64,000 nucleotides of DNA. It comes from a virus. Made by a program: the position numbers and the translations under genes. The DNA lies in IMG/VR virus record IMGVR_UViG_3300014039_000016, positions 8,829 to 72,828 of that record, one strand, 5' to 3'. The stretch's first letter is position 1, and every line of letters begins with the position of its first letter. Of this stretch, positions 51,059 through 60,536 are shown in pieces. The notes beneath the pieces were generated by a model. The model was not told the DNA's origin. It did not search any database and saw only the letters and a program-made list of their open reading frames with translations.

Positions 51059-52384
51059 ATGTTAAAAGGACATACTAAAATTGAATTGAAGAATGAAAAA
51101 ACTGGTGAAGTACAAGTTGTTGAGAAAGATAATATGATTACTAATGTACTAAATAAACAACTAACACTTATTCCATTACTTAATTCTATTTCAAATATTA
51201 ATTCTGAATATTTTCCATTAAATACTAATGGTATGGGAGGTATTGTTTTATTTCAGGAAACATTATCTGATGATTTAATAAATATACCTGATGAAAAAGA
51301 TAATCCTATTATTGGTTATGCTTCAAATGATGTTAATACCGAAACAGATACTAAAAGGGGTTCTCGCAATTTAACAGAAAGTGTGAAGTTAGATAATGGT
51401 TATAAATTTGTCTGGGATTTCACAACATCTCAAGCTAATGGACAAATATCAGCTTTAGGTTTAACACATGAAGGTGCTGGAAAAAATCCTAAAGGGACTG
51501 ATATTTTTGGATTATATATTAAACAAGATATAGCATCAGATAAAGAAACCCATCAGTATCTTAATTCAGCTATTTCATTTGATTGGGATAATTCCATTAT
51601 AACATGTATTAGGACTACAAGTACATCTCAGGTTACTATCCGAAAATATAAAATCGTATGTGGTTTAACTCCTTTAGGTATAAATGAAACTTTATATAGC
51701 CTTAAATTAGTATCTGAAGAAGCTATTGATATAGAAGGTATTATTAATGAACAAACAGTTTGGGTTGATAATTCCAGCAATAATTATTTATATGGTATAT
51801 ATTTGAATAGTAAAACTGGAAACATAGTACGAATAAATAAAGAAACTTATAAATTAGATACTTCTTATAATCTTAGTATAAGTATGTCTTCATATAACTA
51901 TTATATATATAATTCAGCAGATAAATTACCTATTGTAATAGTTGGAGACATGTTATATATATATCTGAATAATGCATTAGCCACTATAAATATAGTTACT
52001 GGAGATGCTAATGAAACTTTTGTCGAACTAAACGGAAGTAGGTCAAATACCATATCATTAGTATATAGAGGTGGATTAATACATGCTAATAATTTTTATT
52101 TGAACAAGGATTTGAATATAACTCGTAGAAAATCAACATCCTTAAATCATTCAGAAGATTTTTTTAGTAAGGGTAATGAAGGTGCAATGGGATACGAAGT
52201 TATATTTATTCGTGATGATGGAGTGGGTATAAGCATAACTGGACAAAATAATTATTCTACATTAGTCATAGGTAATTTGAGAGATTATCTTGCAACAATT
52301 AATAACCTTGATAGTCCAGTAGTTAAAACATCTGAACAAAGTATGAAGATTACTTATACAATTACAGAAGTGGAGGATAAATAA
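51059..52384 (+). CDS. Hypothetical tail-associated protein (441 aa)
   Basis: ORF with an AGGAGG RBS. Confidence 0.45.
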   Translation: MLKGHTKIELKNEKTGEVQVVEKDNMITNVLNKQLTLIPLLNSISNINSEYFPLNTNGMGGIVLFQETLSDDLINIPDEKDNPIIGYASNDVNTETDTKRGSRNLTESVKLDNGYKFVWDFTTSQANGQISALGLTHEGAGKNPKGTDIFGLYIKQDIASDKETHQYLNSAISFDWDNSIITCIRTTSTSQVTIRKYKIVCGLTPLGINETLYSLKLVSEEAIDIEGIINEQTVWVDNSSNNYLYGIYLNSKTGNIVRINKETYKLDTSYNLSISMSSYNYYIYNSADKLPIVIVGDMLYIYLNNALATINIVTGDANETFVELNGSRSNTISLVYRGGLIHANNFYLNKDLNITRRKSTSLNHSEDFFSKGNEGAMGYEVIFIRDDGVGISITGQNNYSTLVIGNLRDYLATINNLDSPVVKTSEQSMKITYTITEVEDK

Positions 52385-52818
52385 TGACAACAACTGTAAT
52401 AAATAGTTTAACTAAAAAAGCTAAAAATTCAGATATTACATATCAAATTGCGGCAAAGCAATTTCTAGTAGAGCCTTTAAGAGGTTCTACTGGAGTTAAT
52501 AATCTTGAAGAACAATTTTTATTAGGTGTTGATTGTGTAACAACAGAGCAAGAAGATTCTAGTACACATGTAAAGACAATAGTACAAGAATTTAGAAATG
52601 CAGATTCTGTTACAACTAATTATTATACAATCACTTCAACTATACAACCAGAACCAAGTGCGGGATACACTGCCGCATATACTGAGACAGAAAGACATGT
52701 TCTCTCTTTTGTTTCTGCGGCGGGTACTACTACTGTGGCAACTAAAGTTGTATCAAAAAAGAAAGAAAACAATATTACTTCTACTAAGACAGTAATTACA
52801 AACAGTTTGGCGGGTTAA
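52384..52818 (+). CDS. Thr/Ser-rich hypothetical protein
   Basis: ORF whose start overlaps the previous stop. Confidence 0.45.
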   Translation: MTTTVINSLTKKAKNSDITYQIAAKQFLVEPLRGSTGVNNLEEQFLLGVDCVTTEQEDSSTHVKTIVQEFRNADSVTTNYYTITSTIQPEPSAGYTAAYTETERHVLSFVSAAGTTTVATKVVSKKKENNITSTKTVITNSLAG

Positions 52819-52838
52819 AATAACCCGCCTTCTTTTTT
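52809..52838 (+). terminator. Rho-independent terminator (ggcgggtta aaa taacccgcc followed by ttcttttttg)
   Basis: Direct reading. This is the end of the structural operon. Confidence 0.85.
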
Positions 52839-53030
52839 GTAGTTAGCTGTAGTCTAATTTTCTTTGTCAATTCGGACAAGTTTTCACTTTAAAAAATAAT
52901 CGTATGTCTCCTGTTAAATTGCGATTTTCTACATGAATCAATTAAAATTTTCCAAAATTTCGTGACAATTCTACACAAAACACTTAACGCTATTTTTATA
53001 TAGTATTGCAAGGGAAAGGAGAAAAGAAAA

Positions 53031-53438
53031 ATGTATAATCAAATGCCTTATTTTGGTCAACAAGCTCAGTCGCCGTATAGCTTGCCACAATACTACCAGC
53101 AAGCACCAACGCCGCCGCAGTTTGTAGCACCACAACCACAACAACCTGCATTAAAGGGAAGACCGGTTTCATCAATAGATGAGGCTAAAGCCTCTCAGAT
53201 TGATTTTGATGGAAGTTTATATCTATTTCCAGATATCGCTAATAAAAGAATTTATACAAAACAAATAGGTGAAAATGGAATAGCTATAATGAATTCTTAT
53301 TCTTTGCAAGAAGAAATTTCCACCCTTCCGCAAGAGTATGTAACTAAGGAAGAGTTTGACAAGGTTGTTGCGCAATTAAAGTCTCTATTGGAAGAAAGAG
53401 ATAAAAAAGAAACACCAAAAGCAACTATGAGTTTTTAA
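53031..53438 (+). CDS. Protein with a Gln/Pro/Tyr-rich N-terminus
   Basis: ORF with an AAGGAGAAAAG RBS. It is the first gene of a terminator-flanked cassette. Confidence 0.5.
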   Translation: MYNQMPYFGQQAQSPYSLPQYYQQAPTPPQFVAPQPQQPALKGRPVSSIDEAKASQIDFDGSLYLFPDIANKRIYTKQIGENGIAIMNSYSLQEEISTLPQEYVTKEEFDKVVAQLKSLLEERDKKETPKATMSF

Positions 53439-53450
53439 TAGGAGGTTTTA

Positions 53451-53687
53451 ATGAGTAATGGAATAAATCCAATGCAACTACTTGGAATGATTAAAAATGG
53501 TTCTAACCCACAGCAATTAATGCTGTCAATTTTAGAACAGAATCCTAACATGAAGACATTAACAGATTTAGCAAAAGCCAATAATGCAAGTGGTATTGAG
53601 AATTTTGTTAGAAACTATGTTAATAGTCAAGGTGGAGATTTTGATAAAGATTTTAATGCCTTTAAACAAATGTTGGGCGTTAAATAA
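53451..53687 (+). CDS. Small hypothetical protein
   Basis: ORF with an AGGAGG RBS. Confidence 0.45.
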   Translation: MSNGINPMQLLGMIKNGSNPQQLMLSILEQNPNMKTLTDLAKANNASGIENFVRNYVNSQGGDFDKDFNAFKQMLGVK

Positions 53688-53714
53688 ATAAATTTTATAA
53701 GGAGGACAAAAGAA

Positions 53715-54497
53715 ATGTTCAATTCAAACAGTGGTTATTCATTAGCCGATATTGCTGCGGCAACCGGCAATAATAACTGTAACAATGGTGGATGGGGCGA
53801 CGGGAACGCCTGGTGGATTATCATCTTGTTCTTATTCTGCTTTGCTGGCGGATGGGGAAATGGACGAGGTGGACTCTTCGGAGGTTCAGATTCTACAGGT
53901 AGTGGTATAACAGATGGTTATATCTTAACTTCAGATTTCGCTAACCTTGAGAGGAAATTAGATGGAGTAAACAATGGTATCTGCGATGGATTCTATGCTA
54001 TGAATACTGGTATGTTAAATGGCTTTGGTCAGGTAAATAATAATATTACACAGCAAACAATAGCAGACATGCAGAACACTAACGCCGTAACTGCTCAAAT
54101 TACAGCGTTAAGTAATCAGATGAGTCAGTGCTGCTGCGACAATAGGTTCCAGTCTGCGACGCAATCAGCTGACTTAAATTATCGCTTAGCTGAACAGAGT
54201 TGCCAGACTCGCCAGGCTATAGCGGATGCCGCACAGGCAGTAACATTAGGAAATGATGCTAATACTCGTAGCATCTTAGCTGCTATCCAGGATATGAATA
54301 CTCAAGCATTACAAGATAAGATTGCTACTCTTACAGCAGACAATCAGGCTCTTAAGTTTGCTGCTTCTCAGCAAGCTCAGAACGCTTACCTTGTTCATAC
54401 TTTAGCACCAAGTCCAAATCCTGCATATATTGTTCCTAATCCTTATACAGGAAATTATGGATATAATAACTGCGGTGGATGCGCATGTGTAGGTTAA
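53715..54497 (+). CDS. Gly/Trp-rich single-pass membrane protein with a YjcZ-like N-terminal segment, a Gln/Ala/Asn-rich coiled region and a Cys-rich C-terminus (CCC, NCGGCACVG)
   Basis: GGWGDGNAWWIIILFLFCFAGGWGNGRGG. GC is markedly higher than in the surrounding sequence. Confidence 0.5.
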   Translation: MFNSNSGYSLADIAAATGNNNCNNGGWGDGNAWWIIILFLFCFAGGWGNGRGGLFGGSDSTGSGITDGYILTSDFANLERKLDGVNNGICDGFYAMNTGMLNGFGQVNNNITQQTIADMQNTNAVTAQITALSNQMSQCCCDNRFQSATQSADLNYRLAEQSCQTRQAIADAAQAVTLGNDANTRSILAAIQDMNTQALQDKIATLTADNQALKFAASQQAQNAYLVHTLAPSPNPAYIVPNPYTGNYGYNNCGGCACVG

Positions 54498-54513
54498 TTT
54501 AAGGAGGTCTATA

Positions 54514-54936
54514 ATGGAGATTACAGCAAATGCAGTTCAGACAGTAACAGCAAATTCAAATGTAATATTTACAGACACTCCGGTGTCAGGTAATTGCTCT
54601 ATTGTTCACAGAGAAGGCTCAGGTCTCGTAAAATTACGCGGCCTGACTTCTACTCAATGTAGAGCAAGGTTTAGAGCTAGTTTTGGAGCAAATATCGCAT
54701 TGCCAGATGGCGGTACTGCTGGTCCAATTTCAGTAACTATCTCTCTTGATGGAGAACCAATCTCCGCTACTAGGATGATTGTTACACCAGCCGCAGTCGA
54801 TAATTATTTTAATGTTTCTGCGGATATCTTTATAGATGTACCTAAAAATTGTTGTGCTACAATAGCAGTTACAAATACAAGTGGAGTAACTATTTTAGTA
54901 CAAAATGCTAATTTAATTGTTGAGCGAGTAGCTTAA
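54514..54936 (+). CDS. Beta-rich protein of 140 aa with paired cysteines. It may adopt a BclA-CTD/ExsF-like (TNF/C1q-like) fold
   Basis: A loose pattern match (ISLDGEP, TILVQNANLIVERVA) to the exosporium ExsF/BxpB family. High GC. Confidence 0.35.
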   Translation: MEITANAVQTVTANSNVIFTDTPVSGNCSIVHREGSGLVKLRGLTSTQCRARFRASFGANIALPDGGTAGPISVTISLDGEPISATRMIVTPAAVDNYFNVSADIFIDVPKNCCATIAVTNTSGVTILVQNANLIVERVA

Positions 54937-54950
54937 AGAAAGGAGTCCTT

Positions 54951-55496
54951 ATGAATAACTTAAAAAGTATGAAAGAGCAATTAACCAGTGTTGTCCAAGC
55001 ACAAATGGGAAATATGCAAAATGTAAGTGCTAAAGAGTTAGGCGAAGCTGTTGATATGATAAAGGACCTCTCTGAAGCTATTTACTATTGTACAATTACG
55101 GAAGCTATGGAAACAAAAGAAAAGGAAGAAATGCATTATTATACAGACAAGAGATATCCAGATTACTATAGAGATGTAGATAGGGAATACGGAAGAATGT
55201 ATTATGATGATAAACCTAGCGCGGGAACTGGATACACTGGTACACGAATGATGTATACAGAACAAATTCCAAAGACAATGATGCGTGATTCTAGAGAGGG
55301 TAGAAGCGGTATGAGCCGCCGCATGTATATGGAATCTAAAGAAATGCACAAAGATAGTGCTACCCAAATGCATGAGTTAGATAATTATATTAAAGAATTA
55401 GGTAGTGATATCACAGAAATGATAAAAGATTCTACTCCAGAAGAAAAACAAGTTCTTCAACAGAAAATAGCTAATCTCGCTGCGAAGATAAAATAA
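54951..55496 (+). CDS. Tyr/Met/Arg-rich protein
   Basis: The sequence RYPDYYRDVDREYGRMYYDD...RMMYTEQ. Confidence 0.45.
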   Translation: MNNLKSMKEQLTSVVQAQMGNMQNVSAKELGEAVDMIKDLSEAIYYCTITEAMETKEKEEMHYYTDKRYPDYYRDVDREYGRMYYDDKPSAGTGYTGTRMMYTEQIPKTMMRDSREGRSGMSRRMYMESKEMHKDSATQMHELDNYIKELGSDITEMIKDSTPEEKQVLQQKIANLAAKIK

Positions 55497-55813
55497 TGAA
55501 AATAAACGGTATTGATTGGAGGGTCTATTTTGTTGAAAAAGATAATGAAAAATTACAAAGAAGTGATGGCTCATATACCCTCGGTTCATGCGATAATAAT
55601 ACTAATATTATTTATCTTAGAGAGGATTTGTATGGAAGGTCATTAAAGAAAGTCTTATGTCATGAGTTAGCGCATGCGGCAATGTTTTCGTATCAAATTA
55701 ATTTGACATTAGACCAAGAAGAACTAATTGCAGATTTTATTGCAACCTATGGGGAAGAAATTATTGATATTACAAATTTTCTTTTTAATAAGTTAAAGGA
55801 GAGGTCTTATTGA
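55496..55813 (+). CDS. Small HEXXH zinc metallopeptidase-like protein (ImmA/IrrE / SprT-like)
   Basis: The LKKVLCHELAHAAMFSY motif. Confidence 0.5.
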   Translation: MKINGIDWRVYFVEKDNEKLQRSDGSYTLGSCDNNTNIIYLREDLYGRSLKKVLCHELAHAAMFSYQINLTLDQEELIADFIATYGEEIIDITNFLFNKLKERSY

Positions 55814-55829
55814 CCTCTCCTATTTTTTT
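55798..55829. terminator. Terminator hairpin between convergent genes (ggagaggtc ttatt gacctctcc followed by tattttttt)
   Basis: Direct reading. The T-run lies on the + side. Confidence 0.8.
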
Positions 55830-55832
55830 GCT

Positions 55833-56357
55833 TTAAAAAGCAGATTTACTAGGTATAGTATTAGCTTTAACTTTCTGAGCGCTTGTAGTTCCATTTACTA
55901 AGTAGGCATCTAAGATACAAATAGCATCTGCTTCATCATCATTAACTATTTTACCATAGTTATTTTTTACATATTCTATGCCTGCCGCTTTTAACTTATC
56001 TCTTGTGATTCCGCGTCCAGTATGAATACCAATAGCACTTCTCCAAGAGCTTGGCAATATAGTTTCAATTTTTATATTCTTATCATATTCCCAAACCGCA
56101 ACTCTTAAGCACCCTTGTAGCCAATTTAATTTCTGATTAACTGTTGAATTGTGCGTATATTCTGCGTGAACCTCTTCTATTACTATTGTATCTATATCAT
56201 ATTTTTTTATAAGTTTTAGTATTTCATCTCGCATATACGCGATTCTTTTTTCTATTGATGTACTTGCGGAAACTATACATCCTGATTCTCTTGCTTCTTC
56301 ATTTTTAATACTCCAACCTGTTGATTTAGTACTGGCATCTAATGCTAATATATTCAT
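55833..56357 (-). CDS. ruvC: RuvC-like Holliday junction resolvase
   Basis: ILALDASTKSTGWS (motif I with a catalytic Asp), the IVIEEV segment (catalytic Glu) and the C-terminal DEADAICI segment. Confidence 0.8.
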   Translation of the reverse strand: MNILALDASTKSTGWSIKNEEARESGCIVSASTSIEKRIAYMRDEILKLIKKYDIDTIVIEEVHAEYTHNSTVNQKLNWLQGCLRVAVWEYDKNIKIETILPSSWRSAIGIHTGRGITRDKLKAAGIEYVKNNYGKIVNDDEADAICILDAYLVNGTTSAQKVKANTIPSKSAF

Positions 56358-56460
56358 TGTTTTTTCTCCTATCTAAAATTTGATTTAAAAAAATCCAAAA
56401 CCTAATTTTGTTTTCTATTTACGAGTGTCTGCAACCTGAGCAGACCTTTTCTCTTACATT

Positions 56461-56489
56461 TAGTATATCAAATTTTTTCTTTGGAGTCA
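56461..56489 (-). promoter_or_regulatory. Promoter for ruvC on the minus strand (TTGACT, a 17-nt spacer, TATACT)
   Basis: The reverse complement of 56461-56489 reads TTGACTccaaagaaaaaatttgaTATACT. Confidence 0.6.
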
Positions 56490-56508
56490 ATGATTCTAAT
56501 GTAGAAAA

Positions 56509-56538
56509 TAAAAAAAGGAGAGTGAATTAACACTCTCC
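56509..56538 (-). terminator. Rho-independent terminator on the minus strand (ggagagtg ttaattc actctcc followed by T7)
   Basis: The hairpin overlaps the stop of the 56527 gene. It ends the dut operon. Confidence 0.75.
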
Positions 56539-56724
56539 ATCAAACATGCAAGTAAAATTTTTATTTTCTTTATTTATTGTATTCATCAGTTTATTATGAT
56601 AATATTCTAAATCTCTAAAAGTAATAAACTTTTCTCCAATATCATCACATATATCATTAGCAACAATTTTCTTTGCTGTTATTGTTCCAGTTTTTAGATT
56701 ATTTGCATTAATAATAGTTGACAT
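56527..56724 (-). CDS. Small hypothetical protein. The start was reassigned so that it abuts the dut stop
   Basis: The longer ORF 56527..56775 overlaps dut by 50 nt. Confidence 0.4.
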   Translation of the reverse strand: MSTIINANNLKTGTITAKKIVANDICDDIGEKFITFRDLEYYHNKLMNTINKENKNFTCMFDGEC

Positions 56725-56725
56725 A

Positions 56726-57184
56726 TTATTTATTTCCGGAAGAGCCAAAACCGCCATCTCCTCTATCTGTTTCACTCAAATCATTAACTTCTGTGAACTC
56801 CATTGACTGATATGGTAATAAAATCATCTGCGCGATTCTATCTCCAGGCGCGATAACTGCATTTCTATTCGAGTCATTATGAATAGCTACGATAACCTCG
56901 CCTCGATAGTCACAATCAACTACGCCTACACAATTAGCTGGTCTAAGTCCCTGCTTAGTAGCTAATCCGCTTCTAGCGAAGATTCCCGCGAAGAACCCCT
57001 CCGGTAACTCAAAAGCTAAACCAGTTCCAATCTTAACAGTTTCTTCAGACTTGATTGTAATTGGAGTATCAATAGCTGCGTAAAGGTCGTATCCAGCAGC
57101 ATACTGTGAACCTTGAGTAGGAATAATAGCGTCATCACGCATTTTCTTAACATTAACCATAAATGTATTACTTAAAAGACTCAT
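56726..57184 (-). CDS. dut: dUTP diphosphatase
   Basis: The motifs AGYDL, RSGLA, GVVDCDYRGE, GDRIAQ and RGDGGFGSSG. Confidence 0.95.
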   Translation of the reverse strand: MSLLSNTFMVNVKKMRDDAIIPTQGSQYAAGYDLYAAIDTPITIKSEETVKIGTGLAFELPEGFFAGIFARSGLATKQGLRPANCVGVVDCDYRGEVIVAIHNDSNRNAVIAPGDRIAQMILLPYQSMEFTEVNDLSETDRGDGGFGSSGNK

Positions 57185-57477
57185 TAATCTTCATCCTCCT
57201 CATCATCTCTTGTTACTGTTGGAAAACTACCAAATCTTCTCGAATAATCCACTGAAATAGTAGAATCTGGCTCTTTTTCTTCCTGGAATACTCTATTAAG
57301 AGTAACGCGATACCATGATTGAACAACTTCGCCTTTAACTTTCTGTTCTTTATATTCTGATGAATACTTTGCTAAGATAGAAGTTTTTTCATTCTTAGCT
57401 TCTTCAATAAGAGCTTTTGCTTCAGATTCTGAATCTACTCTCCACTGTTCTTGTGTTTTTATTAAATACTTTGACAT
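57184..57477 (-). CDS. Hypothetical protein with an acidic C-terminus
   Basis: An AAGGAG RBS precedes the internal ATG. Its TAATG junction overlaps dut. Confidence 0.5.
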   Translation of the reverse strand: MSKYLIKTQEQWRVDSESEAKALIEEAKNEKTSILAKYSSEYKEQKVKGEVVQSWYRVTLNRVFQEEKEPDSTISVDYSRRFGSFPTVTRDDEEDED

Positions 57478-57491
57478 TTTATTAACTCCTT

Positions 57492-57752
57492 TTATCTCGA
57501 AACAATATTTATATTCAAATCTCCGCAATCATACTTAGTAAAGAAATCTTTCTTATATTTTTCAAGATAAGCTGTATTTCCTACTAAGTCTATATCATTT
57601 ATTGAATATTCTTTACAAAAACCAATTATAGCATCTACTAAAGAATCAGTAGGCGCAGATTGTAATTCTACGCCTCTACCGTGTTTATAGATAGCTATTG
57701 GTTGGTCATAATCTCCTATATTAAACAATACAATTATCTTATCCATTAGCAC
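57492..57752 (-). CDS. Hypothetical protein
   Basis: ORF. Confidence 0.4.
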   Translation of the reverse strand: MLMDKIIVLFNIGDYDQPIAIYKHGRGVELQSAPTDSLVDAIIGFCKEYSINDIDLVGNTAYLEKYKKDFFTKYDCGDLNINIVSR

Positions 57753-58114
57753 TCAATTACTCCTTGTGACCAGTCTGCTAAGTAATATACAAAGCTATCA
57801 TTTAACTGCGGGTTTCTTATCCATATCTCATAGGCATCGCCTTCAGACTGTTTAATAATATCCATAACTTCTCCAAGAGAATGAAGAATTTCTGATAATT
57901 TTAAAGTGATATTATCCCAATCTGCGTTTTTACAATTAAACAATGTATAATAATGAGTTTCATTATTTACAAGTATAAAGTATGTCTGTTTATCACTCAT
58001 ATATCCTGAAACTTGATTAAGCTTTTTATTATATTCAATAGGGTCTAAAGGCTGACCTTGATTTATAATCTGCTTATTAATCTCGTATATAGTTCCTAAC
58101 TGAACTTTTGCCAT
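57746..58114 (-). CDS. Hypothetical protein
   Basis: ORF. Confidence 0.45.
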   Translation of the reverse strand: MAKVQLGTIYEINKQIINQGQPLDPIEYNKKLNQVSGYMSDKQTYFILVNNETHYYTLFNCKNADWDNITLKLSEILHSLGEVMDIIKQSEGDAYEIWIRNPQLNDSFVYYLADWSQGVIEC

Positions 58115-58149
58115 TCTTTTTCTTACCTTTCTTCTTTTTATTAATTATA

Positions 58150-60450
58150 TCATAATTTTTTATGATTTTCAAATTCCATTAAATCTATTTTAGAATAGTG
58201 TTTTACTCTTTGTTCTGCTTCTTGTCTTTTACCTGGGTTAAATGCAGTTTTATAATCTCCTGTTAGATATCCTGTTACTCTACGGAGTCTTTGTATCTTA
58301 TTACTTTTACAAATAGGACATTCATCTTCAGGTATATATCCGCAATAGCCGCAATCTAAACAAGTGTCATTAGGAACATTAACTGCAAAGTAAGGAATAT
58401 CATGGTCCATTGCATAACTAACTATTGCATCTAACACATAAATATGGTCTTTAATATCTTCTTCTAATTCTACATATGTTATACATCCCGCAGAAGAATA
58501 TCCAGTCAATTGACCTTCTATATCAATTTTATCAAAAGGAGATAATTTTTTCCAAACTGGTACATGAATAGAATTTGTAAAATAATCTCTATCAGAAACA
58601 TTTGGAATTACTCCATATTCTTTCTTAAATTTTTGCATTGCAGTATAACAAAGATTTTCTGCGGGTGTATAATAAACTCCAAAATTTAATTTATATTCTT
58701 CTTTAAATTCATCACATCTTGTTCTAAAAAGTTGTTCTATCTTTTTTGCTAAAGACATACCCTTTTCTGTAGTATGGTCACATCCAATAAGGATTTGTAA
58801 TGTTTCTGCTAATCCAATTTGTCCAATAGCAAGAGTTCCATGTTTTAAAGCACTTCTAATACCTTCTTCTGGAACATATCCTGCCATAACATTATTTTCA
58901 TATACGAATTTTGCAGATGCGGGATTCTGAGAACAAATCCACTCAAATCTTTCAATCAGCATATCCTTTGCTTCATAGATTTTTTTATCTAATAAAGATA
59001 TAAATTGTCTTATATTTTCTTTAATTTTTTCTTCATTATCATCATCTAATTTCTTATATACAGGTAGGTTATTTGTTCTTTCTTTTGCTATCATGGCTAA
59101 AGTTGGTAAAATAATAGTTACAGGACATATATTGCCTCTTCCATCCTTTAACTGACCGAATCCGTTAATATCCCAGCCATTGGCAGTCCTACATCCCATT
59201 GTAGAGAAATAAGTTCTAGGGTCATTGATATCATATCCAGCATTTCCGCTCCAATCAACATTTGCATAATTTGGATATAATCTCTTAGCTGTAGACTTTA
59301 AAGCTAATTGATACAAGTCATAATTTGGCTCTCCTTCTGCTCTATTAACCCCCTTCATGCATTGAAATATGCCACAAGGGAAAATTGGAGTTTTATGTAA
59401 TTTTCCTACTCCTTTTAAGCTACCTTCTAGTAAAGCTTTAATAACCATTCTACCTTCTGGAAGCGTACAAGTACCATAATTAATTGAAGTAAACGGTAAT
59501 TGATTACCTGAACGAGATTGTAATGTATTCAGATTATGATACATTCCTTCAACAGATTGTTGAATTTCTTTTTCTGTCATATCTATTGCATATTTATATG
59601 CTTTAGGAAAACTATTTTCCCAAAACTCATTATAAATACTTCTTTCACCATCAGTTTTCTTCATAGTAAAAATTTCTGAATCTGTTCCATCATTTTCGCA
59701 ATAAACAACTCCATCTCTATAATGCTTCCAAAAACTCTTTCTTACATATGGAACCATTGTCCAATCTAGGTGGGTCGCGCTGACACCTCCAAATTGCTGT
59801 AGAGACTGAAGCTGAAAAATAACAGCAAGTAATTGAAATGCTGTACTTATACTATTTGCAGGTCTAATATCTGTTTGACGAGTATTAAAACCATTTGCAA
59901 GTAAATCATCAAAAGGAATTGATAAACAATTAGGATTACCAACAGCATAACTTCCTAAATCATGAATATATATTTCATTATTTAAATGATTTTCCCTTGA
60001 TTTCTTTGACACGATTTCATTTAGTGCTATATCTTTAGTTTGAACTTCATTAGCTTCGCCCATTCGTCCACCAAAAGAATGTTCATCTACATTTGCATTT
60101 TGATTAAGTACTTCATCAGCCATTAATTTTTTAATAACTGCTTTTCTTAATTCTGTTTTTTTAGTTCTTTCTATATTTCTTTTTTCACGAAATAGTATAT
60201 AAGATTTTGCCACATCTTTTCTTTTTGTTGACATAAGACCTTTTTCAACATAATCTTGAATTTCTTCTATTGTTAAAGTTTTTTCTTCTGCAATATCACT
60301 GATATAGTCTGCGATATTACCAGCTTTTTCAATAGCATAATCATCTACATTACCATTGTCAACATCTTTAAATGCGGCAAGTACAGCATCAATAATCTTA
60401 TTTCTATCAAATTTCTGTACTCTTCCATCTCTTTTTATAATAGTTTTCAT
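58150..60450 (-). CDS. nrdD: Anaerobic ribonucleoside-triphosphate reductase (class III, NrdD)
   Basis: An N-terminal ATP-cone, the C-terminal Zn-ribbon CLDCGYCG...CPIC and the glycyl radical motif RRVTGYLTG. The GGAGG RBS selects the ATG at 60450. Confidence 0.9.
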   Translation of the reverse strand: MKTIIKRDGRVQKFDRNKIIDAVLAAFKDVDNGNVDDYAIEKAGNIADYISDIAEEKTLTIEEIQDYVEKGLMSTKRKDVAKSYILFREKRNIERTKKTELRKAVIKKLMADEVLNQNANVDEHSFGGRMGEANEVQTKDIALNEIVSKKSRENHLNNEIYIHDLGSYAVGNPNCLSIPFDDLLANGFNTRQTDIRPANSISTAFQLLAVIFQLQSLQQFGGVSATHLDWTMVPYVRKSFWKHYRDGVVYCENDGTDSEIFTMKKTDGERSIYNEFWENSFPKAYKYAIDMTEKEIQQSVEGMYHNLNTLQSRSGNQLPFTSINYGTCTLPEGRMVIKALLEGSLKGVGKLHKTPIFPCGIFQCMKGVNRAEGEPNYDLYQLALKSTAKRLYPNYANVDWSGNAGYDINDPRTYFSTMGCRTANGWDINGFGQLKDGRGNICPVTIILPTLAMIAKERTNNLPVYKKLDDDNEEKIKENIRQFISLLDKKIYEAKDMLIERFEWICSQNPASAKFVYENNVMAGYVPEEGIRSALKHGTLAIGQIGLAETLQILIGCDHTTEKGMSLAKKIEQLFRTRCDEFKEEYKLNFGVYYTPAENLCYTAMQKFKKEYGVIPNVSDRDYFTNSIHVPVWKKLSPFDKIDIEGQLTGYSSAGCITYVELEEDIKDHIYVLDAIVSYAMDHDIPYFAVNVPNDTCLDCGYCGYIPEDECPICKSNKIQRLRRVTGYLTGDYKTAFNPGKRQEAEQRVKHYSKIDLMEFENHKKL

Positions 60451-60536
60451 TAGAACCTCCATTATTTTTATATTTTTGAGTCTATAAATATATAACTTTT
60501 ATATAATAAAAGTTATATACTTTTGACCAATGGAAA

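Noticed and set aside
55038-55589. Minus-strand ORFs 55038-55373 and 55398-55589
   Set aside because: They are antisense to the better-supported plus-strand genes with RBSs, so they were treated as shadow ORFs.
56427-56450. Hairpin gtctgcaacctgagcagac followed by cttttc as a plus-strand terminator
   Set aside because: No plus-strand gene lies upstream. It sits in the 5' UTR of the minus-strand ruvC transcript and the T-run is short.
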